From positions 5,110 through 69,109 of the forward strand of contig CALHMG010000186.1 of NCBI GenBank assembly GCA_938034705.1: a stretch of 64,000 nt of DNA. Direction: 5' to 3'. Position 1 is the first letter of the stretch, and each line of letters begins with the position of its first letter. The notes beneath the pieces were generated by a model, which searched no databases, was not told the DNA's origin, and saw only the letters and a list, made by a program, of their open reading frames with translations. The DNA is from an uncultured Gammaproteobacteria bacterium (GTDB lineage: Bacteria; Pseudomonadota; Gammaproteobacteria; Arenicellales; CALHMG01). A program made the translations under genes and the position numbers. This document shows positions 54,986 through 64,000 of this stretch, piece after piece.

Positions 54986-55249
54986 CTCTTCCTTAGTTTT
55001 CTCGGGTGCTTTTGCCCTCGGCCGCGCTGGTCCTTAACGCGTTGATTCCGAGGCAATTGTCCACCCAGGCCCAGGATTACAGGACGACCCGAAGGTCTCT
55101 GTATCCCCCACATTGCTTACGAAAATCAGTATAGATCAGCGTTTGGAGGACACCGGGTATGAACGGGTGGATTAACGGCCAAACAGCACGTTTCGCGAGA
55201 ATTAGGTAAAACGGCTAAGATTCGCGCCCCGGCCTCGACGGATACGCAC

Positions 55250-56116
55250 GTGACACACAGCATGACCGCATTCGCTCGCACAGAATCCGTCTCGGATCTG
55301 GGCGAAATATCACTGGAAATGCGCTCGGTAAACCACCGATATCTGGAGATGGTGTTTCGCCTCCCGGAGGAATTGCGCCGGTTTGAGCCACGCTATCGCG
55401 AACTCATTTCCAAAAGATTTTCCCGCGGACGGGTCGACGCGAACATGCGGTTCAAGCCAAGAGATCTGAACGCTGACGGGGCCGAACTCAATCCCGAAGC
55501 GGTGGCGAAGCTGAACGCGGTCGTCGATCAGTTGACCACGGCAATGCCTTCTCTTGGACAGCTGCGAGCGGTTGACGTTTTGAACTGGCCGGGTGTAATC
55601 AAAACGCCGGAGCTTGAGATGGACAGACTTGGTGCCCAGGCGGAAGAGATTTTTCTTGAAGCACTCGATCAGATGGCTGATCGCCGCGCGCGCGAAGGCG
55701 GATCGCTCAACGAGTTGATCACGGGTCGCATGGACGAGATGCGCACGATAGTCGGTAACCTGAAGCCCGTGATTCCCGAATTCGAAACGCACTTCAGAGA
55801 GCGCCTTAACGAAAGACTCAAGTCCGTCATAGAAGAACTCGATTCGTCACGGCTTGAGCAGGAAGTGATGCTTTTCCTGCAAAAGAGCGACGTCGCCGAG
55901 GAGCTTGACCGTCTGACTCTGCACATTGATGAGGTCGATCGCGTGCTCAGCTCGAACAAGCCGGTCGGTCGACGGCTTGATTTTCTGATGCAGGAACTGA
56001 ACAGGGAAGCCAATACGCTCGGTTCCAAAGCAGCCGACCCTCGCGTTACAGCCGCATCGGTTGACCTTAAAGTGCTGATCGAACAAAGTCGCGAACAGGT
56101 TCAGAACATTGAATAA
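55250..56116 (+). CDS. yicC: YicC-family stress-induced protein
   Basis: SMTAFART...EMRSVNHRYLE...REANTLGSKA. It occupies the conserved position upstream of gmk-rpoZ. Confidence 0.9.
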   Translation: MTHSMTAFARTESVSDLGEISLEMRSVNHRYLEMVFRLPEELRRFEPRYRELISKRFSRGRVDANMRFKPRDLNADGAELNPEAVAKLNAVVDQLTTAMPSLGQLRAVDVLNWPGVIKTPELEMDRLGAQAEEIFLEALDQMADRRAREGGSLNELITGRMDEMRTIVGNLKPVIPEFETHFRERLNERLKSVIEELDSSRLEQEVMLFLQKSDVAEELDRLTLHIDEVDRVLSSNKPVGRRLDFLMQELNREANTLGSKAADPRVTAASVDLKVLIEQSREQVQNIE

Positions 56117-56134
56117 GGCCACGGGCAGTTTGCA

Positions 56135-56770
56135 ATGACCGCGACGAGTACTCAGCCGGCGCGCATGATTATCCTTTCGGCACCTTCGGGCGCCGGGAAA
56201 ACTTCTCTGGCCCGTGCGCTGGTGGATGCTGAGCCTTACGCGGATCTTTCCATCTCCCACACGACCAGGGACCGACGTCCCGGTGAAGCCGACGGCGTTC
56301 ACTATCATTTCGTTGATCATGCAACGTTCGAGGAGATGATCGAGCGGGATCTCTTTCTTGAATACGCCCGTGTCTTCGACAATCTCTACGGCACGTCGCG
56401 AGAGGCGGTTGATCCGATCATCGAGGCCGGGACCAACATTATTCTCGACATCGACTGGCAGGGGGCGCGAAAGGTCCGTGCGCGGATGCCCGAATGTGTC
56501 AGCGTTTTCATACTGCCACCCTCGCGTCAGGCGCTGGCCCAGCGCCTGAGCGACCGGGGGCGGGACTCTGCCGACGTCATCGAGCGGCGCATGCGCGACG
56601 CGGCCAGCGAGGCCTCGCACTACGGCGAGTACGACTGGGTCGTCATAAACGACGATTTTGATCAGGCTTTGGCCGAGTTACGGGCGATTCTGGCGGGCAG
56701 GCCTGTCAGTGAGCCGGCTTCGTCCGACCGTGTAAAAGGCCTCGTCGCCAGCCTGTCGGAACCTGCCTGA
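56135..56770 (+). CDS. gmk: Guanylate kinase
   Basis: P-loop SAPSGAGKTSL plus TTRDRRPGEADGVHYHFV. Confidence 0.95.
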   Translation: MTATSTQPARMIILSAPSGAGKTSLARALVDAEPYADLSISHTTRDRRPGEADGVHYHFVDHATFEEMIERDLFLEYARVFDNLYGTSREAVDPIIEAGTNIILDIDWQGARKVRARMPECVSVFILPPSRQALAQRLSDRGRDSADVIERRMRDAASEASHYGEYDWVVINDDFDQALAELRAILAGRPVSEPASSDRVKGLVASLSEPA

Positions 56771-57027
56771 ACCGGTTTAAAAAGGCTCGTAAACCCGCAT
56801 AAACATGGTATCTTTACAGACCGGCATCTGACGTACGCCGACCATCCTCCCCCGCAGTCATCGGCGCGAGCCTGTCTCGCGGGCAGTGCAGCAGCGAAAT
56901 GCTTAAGTTGACGGGAACCGGCACGCCGTTTGGCGCACGCGACAGAGGTGGTCTGAACGCTCGGATTTGCACTGATCAAATCAATTAGTATTTTTTCCAC
57001 GAACAAATTTATAGGGACCAATTCGAA

Positions 57028-58266
57028 ATGGCTCGAATTACCGTAGAAGACTGTCTTGAGAACGTTGATAACCGTTTTCAGCTCGTGCTGGTCGCTACCA
57101 AGCGCGCACGTCAGATCACCAACGGCGCTGATCCGCTGGTGCCTGAAGACAACGACAAGCCAACCGTCATCGCGCTGCGCGAAATTGCTGAAGGACTGAT
57201 TGGTCCTGCGATTCTTGACGAAGAGGATATTCCGCCAGAGCTGAGTCCTTTTGATCCCCGCGCGGGAGCAGGCGATGCCGATGCGACACAGGACGGCTTC
57301 GGTCTGGGTGCAGGTTTTGGTGCAGGTGCCCCCGACCCCGCCAATCCGTTTGCACCGGCTGGTGGCCAGGGCGGAGGATATGAGTCCGATGCCGACGCTG
57401 ATGCTGCGCTTATCGCAGCGCTCCAGCGTGAGCTTGCCGCAGCGGCCGACGCCGAGCAGCGTGCGATTGCCGCTGACGCCGCAACCGGAGGTGCCGCATC
57501 TTCGGTTGATCCGTTCAAGACCACGCCCGACAACGCGCCTGATTTGCCGCCTCTGGCGCCTGCTTCAGATCCGAACGTTGGGACTGGCGATGCCGGTGCC
57601 ACCGGTCTCGATGCCGCCAGCGACAGCGAGCTGCTTGGCGCGGTCGAGTCATCGACAACAATCCCGCCCCAGGAAGACAGCAAGCTGTGGGGTCTGCCGG
57701 CTGCGGGCGCGGGTGCGATTTCATCATCGTTTAATCAGGGTGGTCAGAGCGGTAGCGACGCTGGTGATAACGACAACCTGCTCGGGGCCGATACCGGCGC
57801 CAGCGAGCAGACGCCAAGCTACACGGGCAGCGCAGCATTCACCGAGGCGCCCACCCCGTCATTCGGATCAGGCGCCACAACCCCTGACAGCGACAGCTCT
57901 GATGTACAGGATGCGCCGGCGCTGTTTGGATCGTCAGTGAGCGAAACGCCCGCGGCTACGCCATTGACCGAGTCCATTGATTCGACTCTCGATTCATCCA
58001 GCGAGTCGATCGGCGAAGCGTTCGGCGCGACGACGTCTGCGTTCACCGCGACGACTAACGAAGAGGTGACGCCAACCACGTTGTTTGGTTCGAGTGATGC
58101 CACCGATTCGCAAGCGGCTGACAGCTCCGGCAGCGAGACTGACGAAGAAGAAGTAACCGAGTTCAATCTCTTTGCCGATTCCGGCTCGGATGACACCAAC
58201 GAGGCCAATGAGGACACGGATGGCAATCCGACCACTTCGGAGGATCCAGACAAACTGGATAACTGA
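57028..58266 (+). CDS. rpoZ: DNA-directed RNA polymerase omega subunit with a very long acidic low-complexity C-terminal extension
   Basis: The first approximately 75 aa are canonical omega ([29 protein letters not shown]...[14 protein letters not shown]). The frame then stays open for about 335 more codons rich in D/E/S/T/A/G. Confidence 0.8.
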   Translation: MARITVEDCLENVDNRFQLVLVATKRARQITNGADPLVPEDNDKPTVIALREIAEGLIGPAILDEEDIPPELSPFDPRAGAGDADATQDGFGLGAGFGAGAPDPANPFAPAGGQGGGYESDADADAALIAALQRELAAAADAEQRAIAADAATGGAASSVDPFKTTPDNAPDLPPLAPASDPNVGTGDAGATGLDAASDSELLGAVESSTTIPPQEDSKLWGLPAAGAGAISSSFNQGGQSGSDAGDNDNLLGADTGASEQTPSYTGSAAFTEAPTPSFGSGATTPDSDSSDVQDAPALFGSSVSETPAATPLTESIDSTLDSSSESIGEAFGATTSAFTATTNEEVTPTTLFGSSDATDSQAADSSGSETDEEEVTEFNLFADSGSDDTNEANEDTDGNPTTSEDPDKLDN

Positions 58267-60406
58267 TCTCCCGGGTGCCCCGGTAAAGCACCGGGACCTG
58301 GCACGCGATCTCTGCAAGGAACTCGGCGAGTACCTCGATGAGCAGGCGGTCGCGGATGTCTATCGGGCCTACGATTACGGCGCGCGAGCCCATGAAGGGC
58401 AGACGCGCCGGTCGGGTGAGGAATACATCACCCACCCGGTCTCCGTCGCACGCATTCTCGCTGAAATGCGTCTCGACAGCCGCAGCATCATGGCTGCCAT
58501 TCTCCACGATGTCGTCGAAGATACTGCGATAACGACGCAGGTTCTGGCCGACGAATTTGGCGATGACGTCGCCCAGCTGGTGGATGGCGTTACCAAGATC
58601 AACCAGATCGAATTTGATTCGCGCGAAGAGGCCGAGGCTGAGAATTTTCGCAAGATGCTGCTCGCGATGTCGCGCGACATACGGGTCATTCTTATCAAGC
58701 TCGGCGATCGCCTGCACAACATGCGCACGCTCGACGCGCTGGCGGCGGAAAAGCGTGTTCGTATCGCCAGTCAGACGCTCGACATCTTCGCGCCAATTGC
58801 CAATCGCCTCGGCATGCATCGGTGGTCGCGCGAGTTGGAAGATCTCTCGTTCAAGCACATCTATCCCAAGAGATTCGATGCCATTACCAAGGCGCTCAAA
58901 CGCCGCAAAGGTAATCGACGTTCGGTACTGAAAAAACTCAATGCCCAGATTGTTTCGCATCTGAGCGATGTCGGCATCACGGCCCGTGTTGAGGGGCGTG
59001 AAAAAAATGCGTGGGGCATCTACCGAAAGATGCAGCGCAAACACGTCGCCTTTGAACAGGTTCTGGATATCCAGGCGTTTCGGATCATTGTCGAGGACGT
59101 CGACACCTGTTACCGCGTACTCGGGCGCATGCACCAGCTTTACAAGCCGATCCCCGGTCGTTTCAAGGATTACATCGCGATCCCGAAGTCCAACGGCTAC
59201 CAGTCGCTGCATACGACGGTGTTCGGGACTTTCGGTGAATCACTTGAGGTACAGATCAGAACCGAGGAGATGCACCGAATAGCCGAGGCCGGCGTTGCAT
59301 CGCACTGGCTGTACAAGAGTGACGAAAAAACCGACGTGGCGCCGCAGGATCTTGCGCGTCAGTGGTTGCTGGATCTGCTTGATACGCAATCCAACGCTGG
59401 CGATCCATCAGAATTTCTGGAACACCTGAAGATCGATCTGTTCCCGGATCAGGTCTACGTGTTCACGCCAGACGGCGAAATCAAAAAGCTGCCGCTCGGT
59501 GCAACCGCTCTCGACTTCGCGTATGCGGTGCATTCGGATCTCGGCAATCGCTGCGTGGGCGCACGGATCAATCAAAAGCAGGTGCCGTTGCACGAGGTTC
59601 TGAAAAACGGTGATCACGTCGAAATTCTGACGACGCGATCAGCTCGACCGTCTCCGTCCTGGCTCAACTACGCGATCACCTCCAAGGCACGTGCGGCGAT
59701 TCGCGGGTCGCTTAAAAACCGCCGCAACCGAGAGGCCATTGCGCTCGGACGTCAGCTTCTCGATCGCGCCTTAAAAGGCGTCGGACATCGGCGCCGGCTG
59801 TCATCAACGCAGAAGGTCAGCCTGCTCGAGACGCTCAATCTGGAACACTGGGACGAGCTCTTGTCCGATATCGGATTTGGAAAACGCCCGGCGATGATCG
59901 TGGCGCGACAGATTTACCCAGCCGACGGCGAACAGGGCGACGAGGTTGACGAGTTTGCGGTGCAGTCACTGGCGATTCGTGGAGCCGAACGCCTGCTGAT
60001 CACCTATGGCAAATGCTGCCATCCCATACCTGGCGATCCCATTATCGGTTTTTTCTCCAAAGGCCGGGGCCTGGTGATTCACACAACCGACTGTCCCAAC
60101 AACAGTCGCTATCGCAAACATCCGGAAAATTCGGTGCACGTTCACTGGTCAGAAAATCTGACCGGTGTGTTTCAGGTTCTGCTGCGGCTCGAAATACAAA
60201 ATCAGCCCGGCGTACTTGCCAAGGCCGCCAGCATCATTGCCGAGAACGATTCAAACATCGTCAACGTTCACCTTGTTGAGCGCGACGGACGCAATTCGCA
60301 GCTGAATTTCAGCGTCGAAGTTCGAGATCGCATACATCTCGCCCAGATCATGCGACAGCTGCACAATGAAGACGACATTTTTCGCCTCTATCGGGTTAAG
60401 GGATAG
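58220..60406 (+). CDS. spoT: Bifunctional (p)ppGpp synthetase/hydrolase SpoT/RelA-family
   Basis: HD domain ([24 protein letters not shown]), synthetase domain (YQSLHT), then TGS and ACT domains. The start is uncertain: in-frame ATGs lie at 58172, 58190, 58208 and 58220, all inside the rpoZ tail. Confidence 0.9.
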   Translation: MAIRPLRRIQTNWITDLPGAPVKHRDLARDLCKELGEYLDEQAVADVYRAYDYGARAHEGQTRRSGEEYITHPVSVARILAEMRLDSRSIMAAILHDVVEDTAITTQVLADEFGDDVAQLVDGVTKINQIEFDSREEAEAENFRKMLLAMSRDIRVILIKLGDRLHNMRTLDALAAEKRVRIASQTLDIFAPIANRLGMHRWSRELEDLSFKHIYPKRFDAITKALKRRKGNRRSVLKKLNAQIVSHLSDVGITARVEGREKNAWGIYRKMQRKHVAFEQVLDIQAFRIIVEDVDTCYRVLGRMHQLYKPIPGRFKDYIAIPKSNGYQSLHTTVFGTFGESLEVQIRTEEMHRIAEAGVASHWLYKSDEKTDVAPQDLARQWLLDLLDTQSNAGDPSEFLEHLKIDLFPDQVYVFTPDGEIKKLPLGATALDFAYAVHSDLGNRCVGARINQKQVPLHEVLKNGDHVEILTTRSARPSPSWLNYAITSKARAAIRGSLKNRRNREAIALGRQLLDRALKGVGHRRRLSSTQKVSLLETLNLEHWDELLSDIGFGKRPAMIVARQIYPADGEQGDEVDEFAVQSLAIRGAERLLITYGKCCHPIPGDPIIGFFSKGRGLVIHTTDCPNNSRYRKHPENSVHVHWSENLTGVFQVLLRLEIQNQPGVLAKAASIIAENDSNIVNVHLVERDGRNSQLNFSVEVRDRIHLAQIMRQLHNEDDIFRLYRVKG

Positions 60407-60677
60407 CCGTTAGTACGGTTCAGAGACCGCATTAAGGTTGCGCGATAAGCGGGTGCCCGTTCCCGGTTTGATGACGCGTCCTGACGCTCACGACTGACCA
60501 TTTAGTGAGCGGCCGTCCGTCAATAAAAAACTCTCTGATCCACAACTTTTGTGATTCAATTGGCGGTTTATGGCGTCTTTACCAGCGCCTCGAACGGGGT
60601 CGGTGTGCTTTGGCTTTGCCGACTCATTTCTCTTGAGTATTCAAGTTGACGACCCAACCAGCGACGGAATCCTTGTC

Positions 60678-61070
60678 ATGAGCAGAACCACGATTCAAAC
60701 GCCCGATGCCCCCGCGGCGATCGGCACCTACTCTCAGGCGGTGCGTGTCGGGAATACGGTGTACATCTCCGGCCAGATCCCGCTGGATCCCGCCACAATG
60801 GAGGTCGTGAGTGATGAACCTGTCGCCCAGATCGATCGGGTATTCGCCAACCTCGCGGCAATCTGTGAAGCATCCGGCGGCGCCATCAACGATATCGTCA
60901 GTCTGCGGGTGCTTCTCACCGACCTCGGTAACTTCCCTCACGTAAACGAAATCATGGCGAAGCACATGAGTGAGCCCTATCCGGCCCGCGCGGCGTTCGA
61001 GGTGTCTGCCTTGCCGAAAGGTGTCGGTGTTGAAATCGAAGCCATCATGGATCTCGGTTCCTCGTCCTGA
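60678..61070 (+). CDS. ridA: RidA-family reactive enamine/imine deaminase (YjgF/TdcF)
   Basis: APAAIGTYSQAVRVGNTVYISGQIPLDP...PARAAFEVSALPKGVGVEIEA. The ATG at 60678 is preferred. Confidence 0.92.
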   Translation: MSRTTIQTPDAPAAIGTYSQAVRVGNTVYISGQIPLDPATMEVVSDEPVAQIDRVFANLAAICEASGGAINDIVSLRVLLTDLGNFPHVNEIMAKHMSEPYPARAAFEVSALPKGVGVEIEAIMDLGSSS

Positions 61071-61132
61071 ACGACTGACTCACCGTAAAAAGACATCGAC
61101 TGACACCCGCAAGAGCCAACACGGATCGGTAC

Positions 61133-63262
61133 ATGGCCAAGACCGCCACAAAGGAAGCTAAAAAAGAGGCCGCGCCAGACGAGGCTGCACCGGTCGGTGC
61201 CGGTCGACTGGTAACCGCGCTGCCGGGCATAGGTGATCGGCTGGCGGAGATTCTGGCGAAGCTCGGCATCCATACGCTTGCCGATCTGCTTTTTCATCTG
61301 CCCGTGCGCTATCAGGATCGAACCACGGTGTCGCGCATAGGCACGTTACGTCCCGGCGATGACGCCGTGATCGTGGGTCAGATCGCGATCGCCCAGATCG
61401 CTTACGGCCGGCGTCGATCCCTGATCTGCAAGGTCAGCGATCGAACCGGAATGATCACGATCCGGATGTTTCACTTTTCGCCGAATCAGAAAAACAATCT
61501 GGCTCGCGGTCGCTGGATCGTCTGTTTCGGTGAGGTTCGCGCTGGCGGCACGGGCATCGAACTGATTCATCCGGAATACACGGTCTACGAACGCAAGCCC
61601 GATAACCCCACCGAAGATTCGCTGACGTCGGTGTACAAGACCACCGAAGGAATCAGTCAGCAACGACTGCGACAGTTCATTAACAAAACGCTCGCCGACG
61701 AAGTACCTGAACTGGTCGAGCTGCTTCCACCGGAAGTGCTGGCGGAGACCAGCTACCCGCCGCTACTCGACGCGGTACGACTGTTGCATCATCCGCCGCC
61801 GGACATCTCCCAGGCGCAGCTGCTTGAAGGTTCTCATCCGGCCCAGCACCGACTGGCGTTCGAAGAATTGCTGGCGCATCACCTGTCGCTGCGTAAACTG
61901 CGACTCGAGCGTCAGGATAACAACGCACCCTCGATGAAACCCAAAGGCGCGCTGAAAAACAAATTCATCAAAGCGCTGGATTTTGATCTGACGGATGCCC
62001 AGAAGCGCGTCGTTGACGAGGTCATCGCCGACTTCAAACTGAAGCAGCCCAGTCTGAGACTGGTTCAGGGTGACGTGGGCAGTGGCAAAACGGTCGTCGC
62101 CGCCGCCGCGGCGCTCTGGGCGATCGAAGCGGGCTGGCAGGTGTCGGTCATGGCGCCAACAGAACTTCTCGCCGAACAGCATCATCGCTCTTTCAAAGCG
62201 TGGTTTGAGCCGCTCGGACTGAAGGTCACCGGGCTCACCGGCAAGCTTGGCGCAAAAGCCCGTCGCGAGGCGCTGGCCGCTATGGCCGATGGCAGCGCTG
62301 ACGTCGTCGTGGGAACCCATGCACTGTTTCAGGATGGTGTTGAGTTTCACAAACTGGGTCTGGTCATCGTTGATGAGCAACATCGGTTTGGCGTTGACCA
62401 GCGTCTGGCCTTACGCGAAAAAGGCGTCGGCGACGAAGTTGTTCCGCATCAGATGACCATGACCGCAACGCCGATTCCCAGAACCATGGCGATGGTGTTT
62501 TACGCTGACATCGATGTTTCGAGCATTGACGAGCTGCCTCCGGGGCGTATACCGGTGGAAACGGTTGTCGCGCCCGAAGGTCGACGACCGGAGATTCTCG
62601 ATCGCGTGCGAAGCGCATGTGAAGAAGGTCGTCAGGCGTACTGGGTCTGCCCTTTGATTGACGAATCCGACAATCTGCAGGCACAGGCCGCTACCGAAAC
62701 CGAACGCCAGTTCACCGAGTCCTTTCCGGATCTGAGCATCGGGTTGATTCACGGTCGCATGAAAGGCGCCGACAAAGACAAGGTGATGGAAAAGTTTCGG
62801 AGCGGCGAGATCCAGCTTCTGGTCGCCACAACCGTGATCGAAGTCGGTGTCGATGTTCCCAACGCAAGCTTGATGATCATCGAAAATGCGGAGCGACTGG
62901 GTCTGTCCCAGCTGCACCAGCTGCGCGGTCGCGTCGGGCGCGGTGCTGACAAGTCCGCATGCGTGCTTCTTTACAAAAGCCCTCTCGGAAAACTGGCACG
63001 GGATCGTCTTGCGATCATGCGCGATACCAACGACGGGTTTGAAATCGCACGTCACGATCTGCACCATCGTGGTCCCGGCGAAGTGCTCGGCACGAGACAG
63101 ACGGGGCTTGCCGATCTCAAGGTCGCCGACCTCGCACGTGATCAGGATCTCTTTCCCGAGATCGAGCGCATTGGCGGCATCCTGCTGGATGAACATCCCG
63201 AGAATGTGGAGCTGTTGATCAGACGATGGATCGGCGGAAGCACTGACTACGGCCATGTTTGA
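61133..63262 (+). CDS. recG: ATP-dependent DNA helicase RecG
   Basis: Wedge domain, Walker A GDVGSGKT, DEQHRFG, and motif VI QLHQLRGRVGRG. Confidence 0.95.
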   Translation: MAKTATKEAKKEAAPDEAAPVGAGRLVTALPGIGDRLAEILAKLGIHTLADLLFHLPVRYQDRTTVSRIGTLRPGDDAVIVGQIAIAQIAYGRRRSLICKVSDRTGMITIRMFHFSPNQKNNLARGRWIVCFGEVRAGGTGIELIHPEYTVYERKPDNPTEDSLTSVYKTTEGISQQRLRQFINKTLADEVPELVELLPPEVLAETSYPPLLDAVRLLHHPPPDISQAQLLEGSHPAQHRLAFEELLAHHLSLRKLRLERQDNNAPSMKPKGALKNKFIKALDFDLTDAQKRVVDEVIADFKLKQPSLRLVQGDVGSGKTVVAAAAALWAIEAGWQVSVMAPTELLAEQHHRSFKAWFEPLGLKVTGLTGKLGAKARREALAAMADGSADVVVGTHALFQDGVEFHKLGLVIVDEQHRFGVDQRLALREKGVGDEVVPHQMTMTATPIPRTMAMVFYADIDVSSIDELPPGRIPVETVVAPEGRRPEILDRVRSACEEGRQAYWVCPLIDESDNLQAQAATETERQFTESFPDLSIGLIHGRMKGADKDKVMEKFRSGEIQLLVATTVIEVGVDVPNASLMIIENAERLGLSQLHQLRGRVGRGADKSACVLLYKSPLGKLARDRLAIMRDTNDGFEIARHDLHHRGPGEVLGTRQTGLADLKVADLARDQDLFPEIERIGGILLDEHPENVELLIRRWIGGSTDYGHV

Positions 63263-64000
63263 TCGAGTTGGCGCGTGGGCCGCGCTGATGCGCATCGAGC
63301 GTCCGATCGGAGCGCTGCTGCTGCTCTGGCCGACACTCTGGGCGCTGTGGCTTGCCGGACGCGGTCAGCCTGACGCCAGTCTGGTCGTCATTTTTATCAT
63401 TGGGACCTTCCTGATGAGAAGCGCCGGCTGTGTAATCAACGACTATGCCGACCGCGACTTCGATGGGGATGTAAAGCGCACCAGCACCCGCCCCCTCGCG
63501 ACTGGTGCGGTGTCAGAAAAAGAAGCGCTGGTGCTGGCGGCGGTGTTGGCGCTGGCAGCGTTTGTGCTTGTGCTTTTTACCAACCTGCTCACGATCGGCC
63601 TGTCGGTTGCAGGCGTTGTCATCGCGATGGTTTATCCGTTTCTCAAGCGATATACCCACCTGCCCCAGGCGTGGCTGGGCATCGCTTTTTCGTGGGGTAT
63701 ACCGATGGCGTATGCCGCCCAGACGGGTCAGCTGCCCGGCGAGTGCTGGCTGTTGCTCATTGCCAATCTGTTCTGGGTTTTTGCGTACGACACGATCTAC
63801 GCCATGGTCGATCGTGATGACGATATTCGAATTGGCATCAAGTCAACGGCAATCCTTTTTGGTGATGCTGAACGCTGGGTCATCCTCGGATGCCACACAT
63901 GTGCCATCGCCCTGCTCCTGCTCGTTGGGCTGCGCGCGGGATTGAACGGCTGGTTCTACGCCGCGATGATCGTGGCGATGGGTCTGGCCGCGTGGGAAGC
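63255..64000 (+). CDS. ubiA: 4-hydroxybenzoate polyprenyltransferase UbiA (3' partial, runs off the window)
   Basis: Hand translation from the ATG at 63255 (overlapping the recG stop) gives MFDRVGAWAALMRIERPIGALLLLWPTLWALW...CVINDYADRDFDGDVKRT...YDTIYAMVDRDDD. It is absent from the ORF track because no stop occurs before the window end. Confidence 0.9.
   Translation, partial: MFDRVGAWAALMRIERPIGALLLLWPTLWALWLAGRGQPDASLVVIFIIGTFLMRSAGCVINDYADRDFDGDVKRTSTRPLATGAVSEKEALVLAAVLALAAFVLVLFTNLLTIGLSVAGVVIAMVYPFLKRYTHLPQAWLGIAFSWGIPMAYAAQTGQLPGECWLLLIANLFWVFAYDTIYAMVDRDDDIRIGIKSTAILFGDAERWVILGCHTCAIALLLLVGLRAGLNGWFYAAMIVAMGLAAWE

Noticed and set aside
63505-63945. A 146-aa Cys/Arg/Trp-rich ORF near the window end.
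   Set aside because: It is out of frame within the clearly recognisable ubiA coding sequence (NDYADRDFD and DRDDD motifs in the other frame).
1-64000. A search for rRNA, tRNA, CRISPR repeats, long inverted or direct repeats, and IS elements.
   Set aside because: I found no cloverleaf-like or rRNA-like segment, no spaced identical repeats of 25-40 bp, and no transposase-like ORF on visual inspection. Intergenic regions are short, except 4860-5247, 30858-31472 and 49582-50057.

Overview
This is a GC-rich chromosomal segment with gene content and order typical of Gammaproteobacteria; the taxon is inferred from synteny and was not computed. About four fifths is densely packed housekeeping DNA. 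The recognisable units are ubiE-ubiJ-ubiB, an Rrf2(IscR-like)-sufBCDS-sufU-sufT Fe-S operon, and ctpA-envC divergent from rhodanese-secB-gpsA. Further along are trmL-hemJ-tlpA-hemW, thrH, hslR, a scattered molybdenum-cofactor set (moaA, moaB, moaDE, moeA-moaC, moeB), rdgB-rph, a Hanks kinase/PP2C pair, and yicC-gmk-rpoZ-spoT-ridA-recG-ubiA (the last runs off the 3' end). I recognised no rRNA, tRNA, CRISPR array, transposase or integrase. The most interesting part is an accessory-looking block at about 27.5-41.4 kb. It holds a 1113-aa zinc-ribbon/class III cyclase/AAA/TPR protein, a fucosyltransferase-like gene, a cNMP-type Crp regulator, and a same-strand operon that looks like a Gram-negative analogue of the Firmicute Dlt envelope-acylation pathway. 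That operon encodes a DltD-like SGNH protein, a DltB-like MBOAT, an unlisted 48-aa membrane ORF ending in F-V-Y-Q-G-F (DltX-like acyl-shuttle motif) and a DltC-like carrier protein. The DltA ligase is replaced by an FkbH/HAD-IIIC loader, followed by two paralogous methyltransferases and a VOC-fold enzyme. Other notable items are an RNA polymerase omega subunit with a roughly 335-aa acidic, F-G-punctuated low-complexity tail that overlaps the likely spoT start, and a CCAEP-tail radical SAM protein in a tightly overlapped operon under a divergent ArsR regulator. All calls rest on reading the translated ORFs and the DNA by eye; no database search or computation was run.
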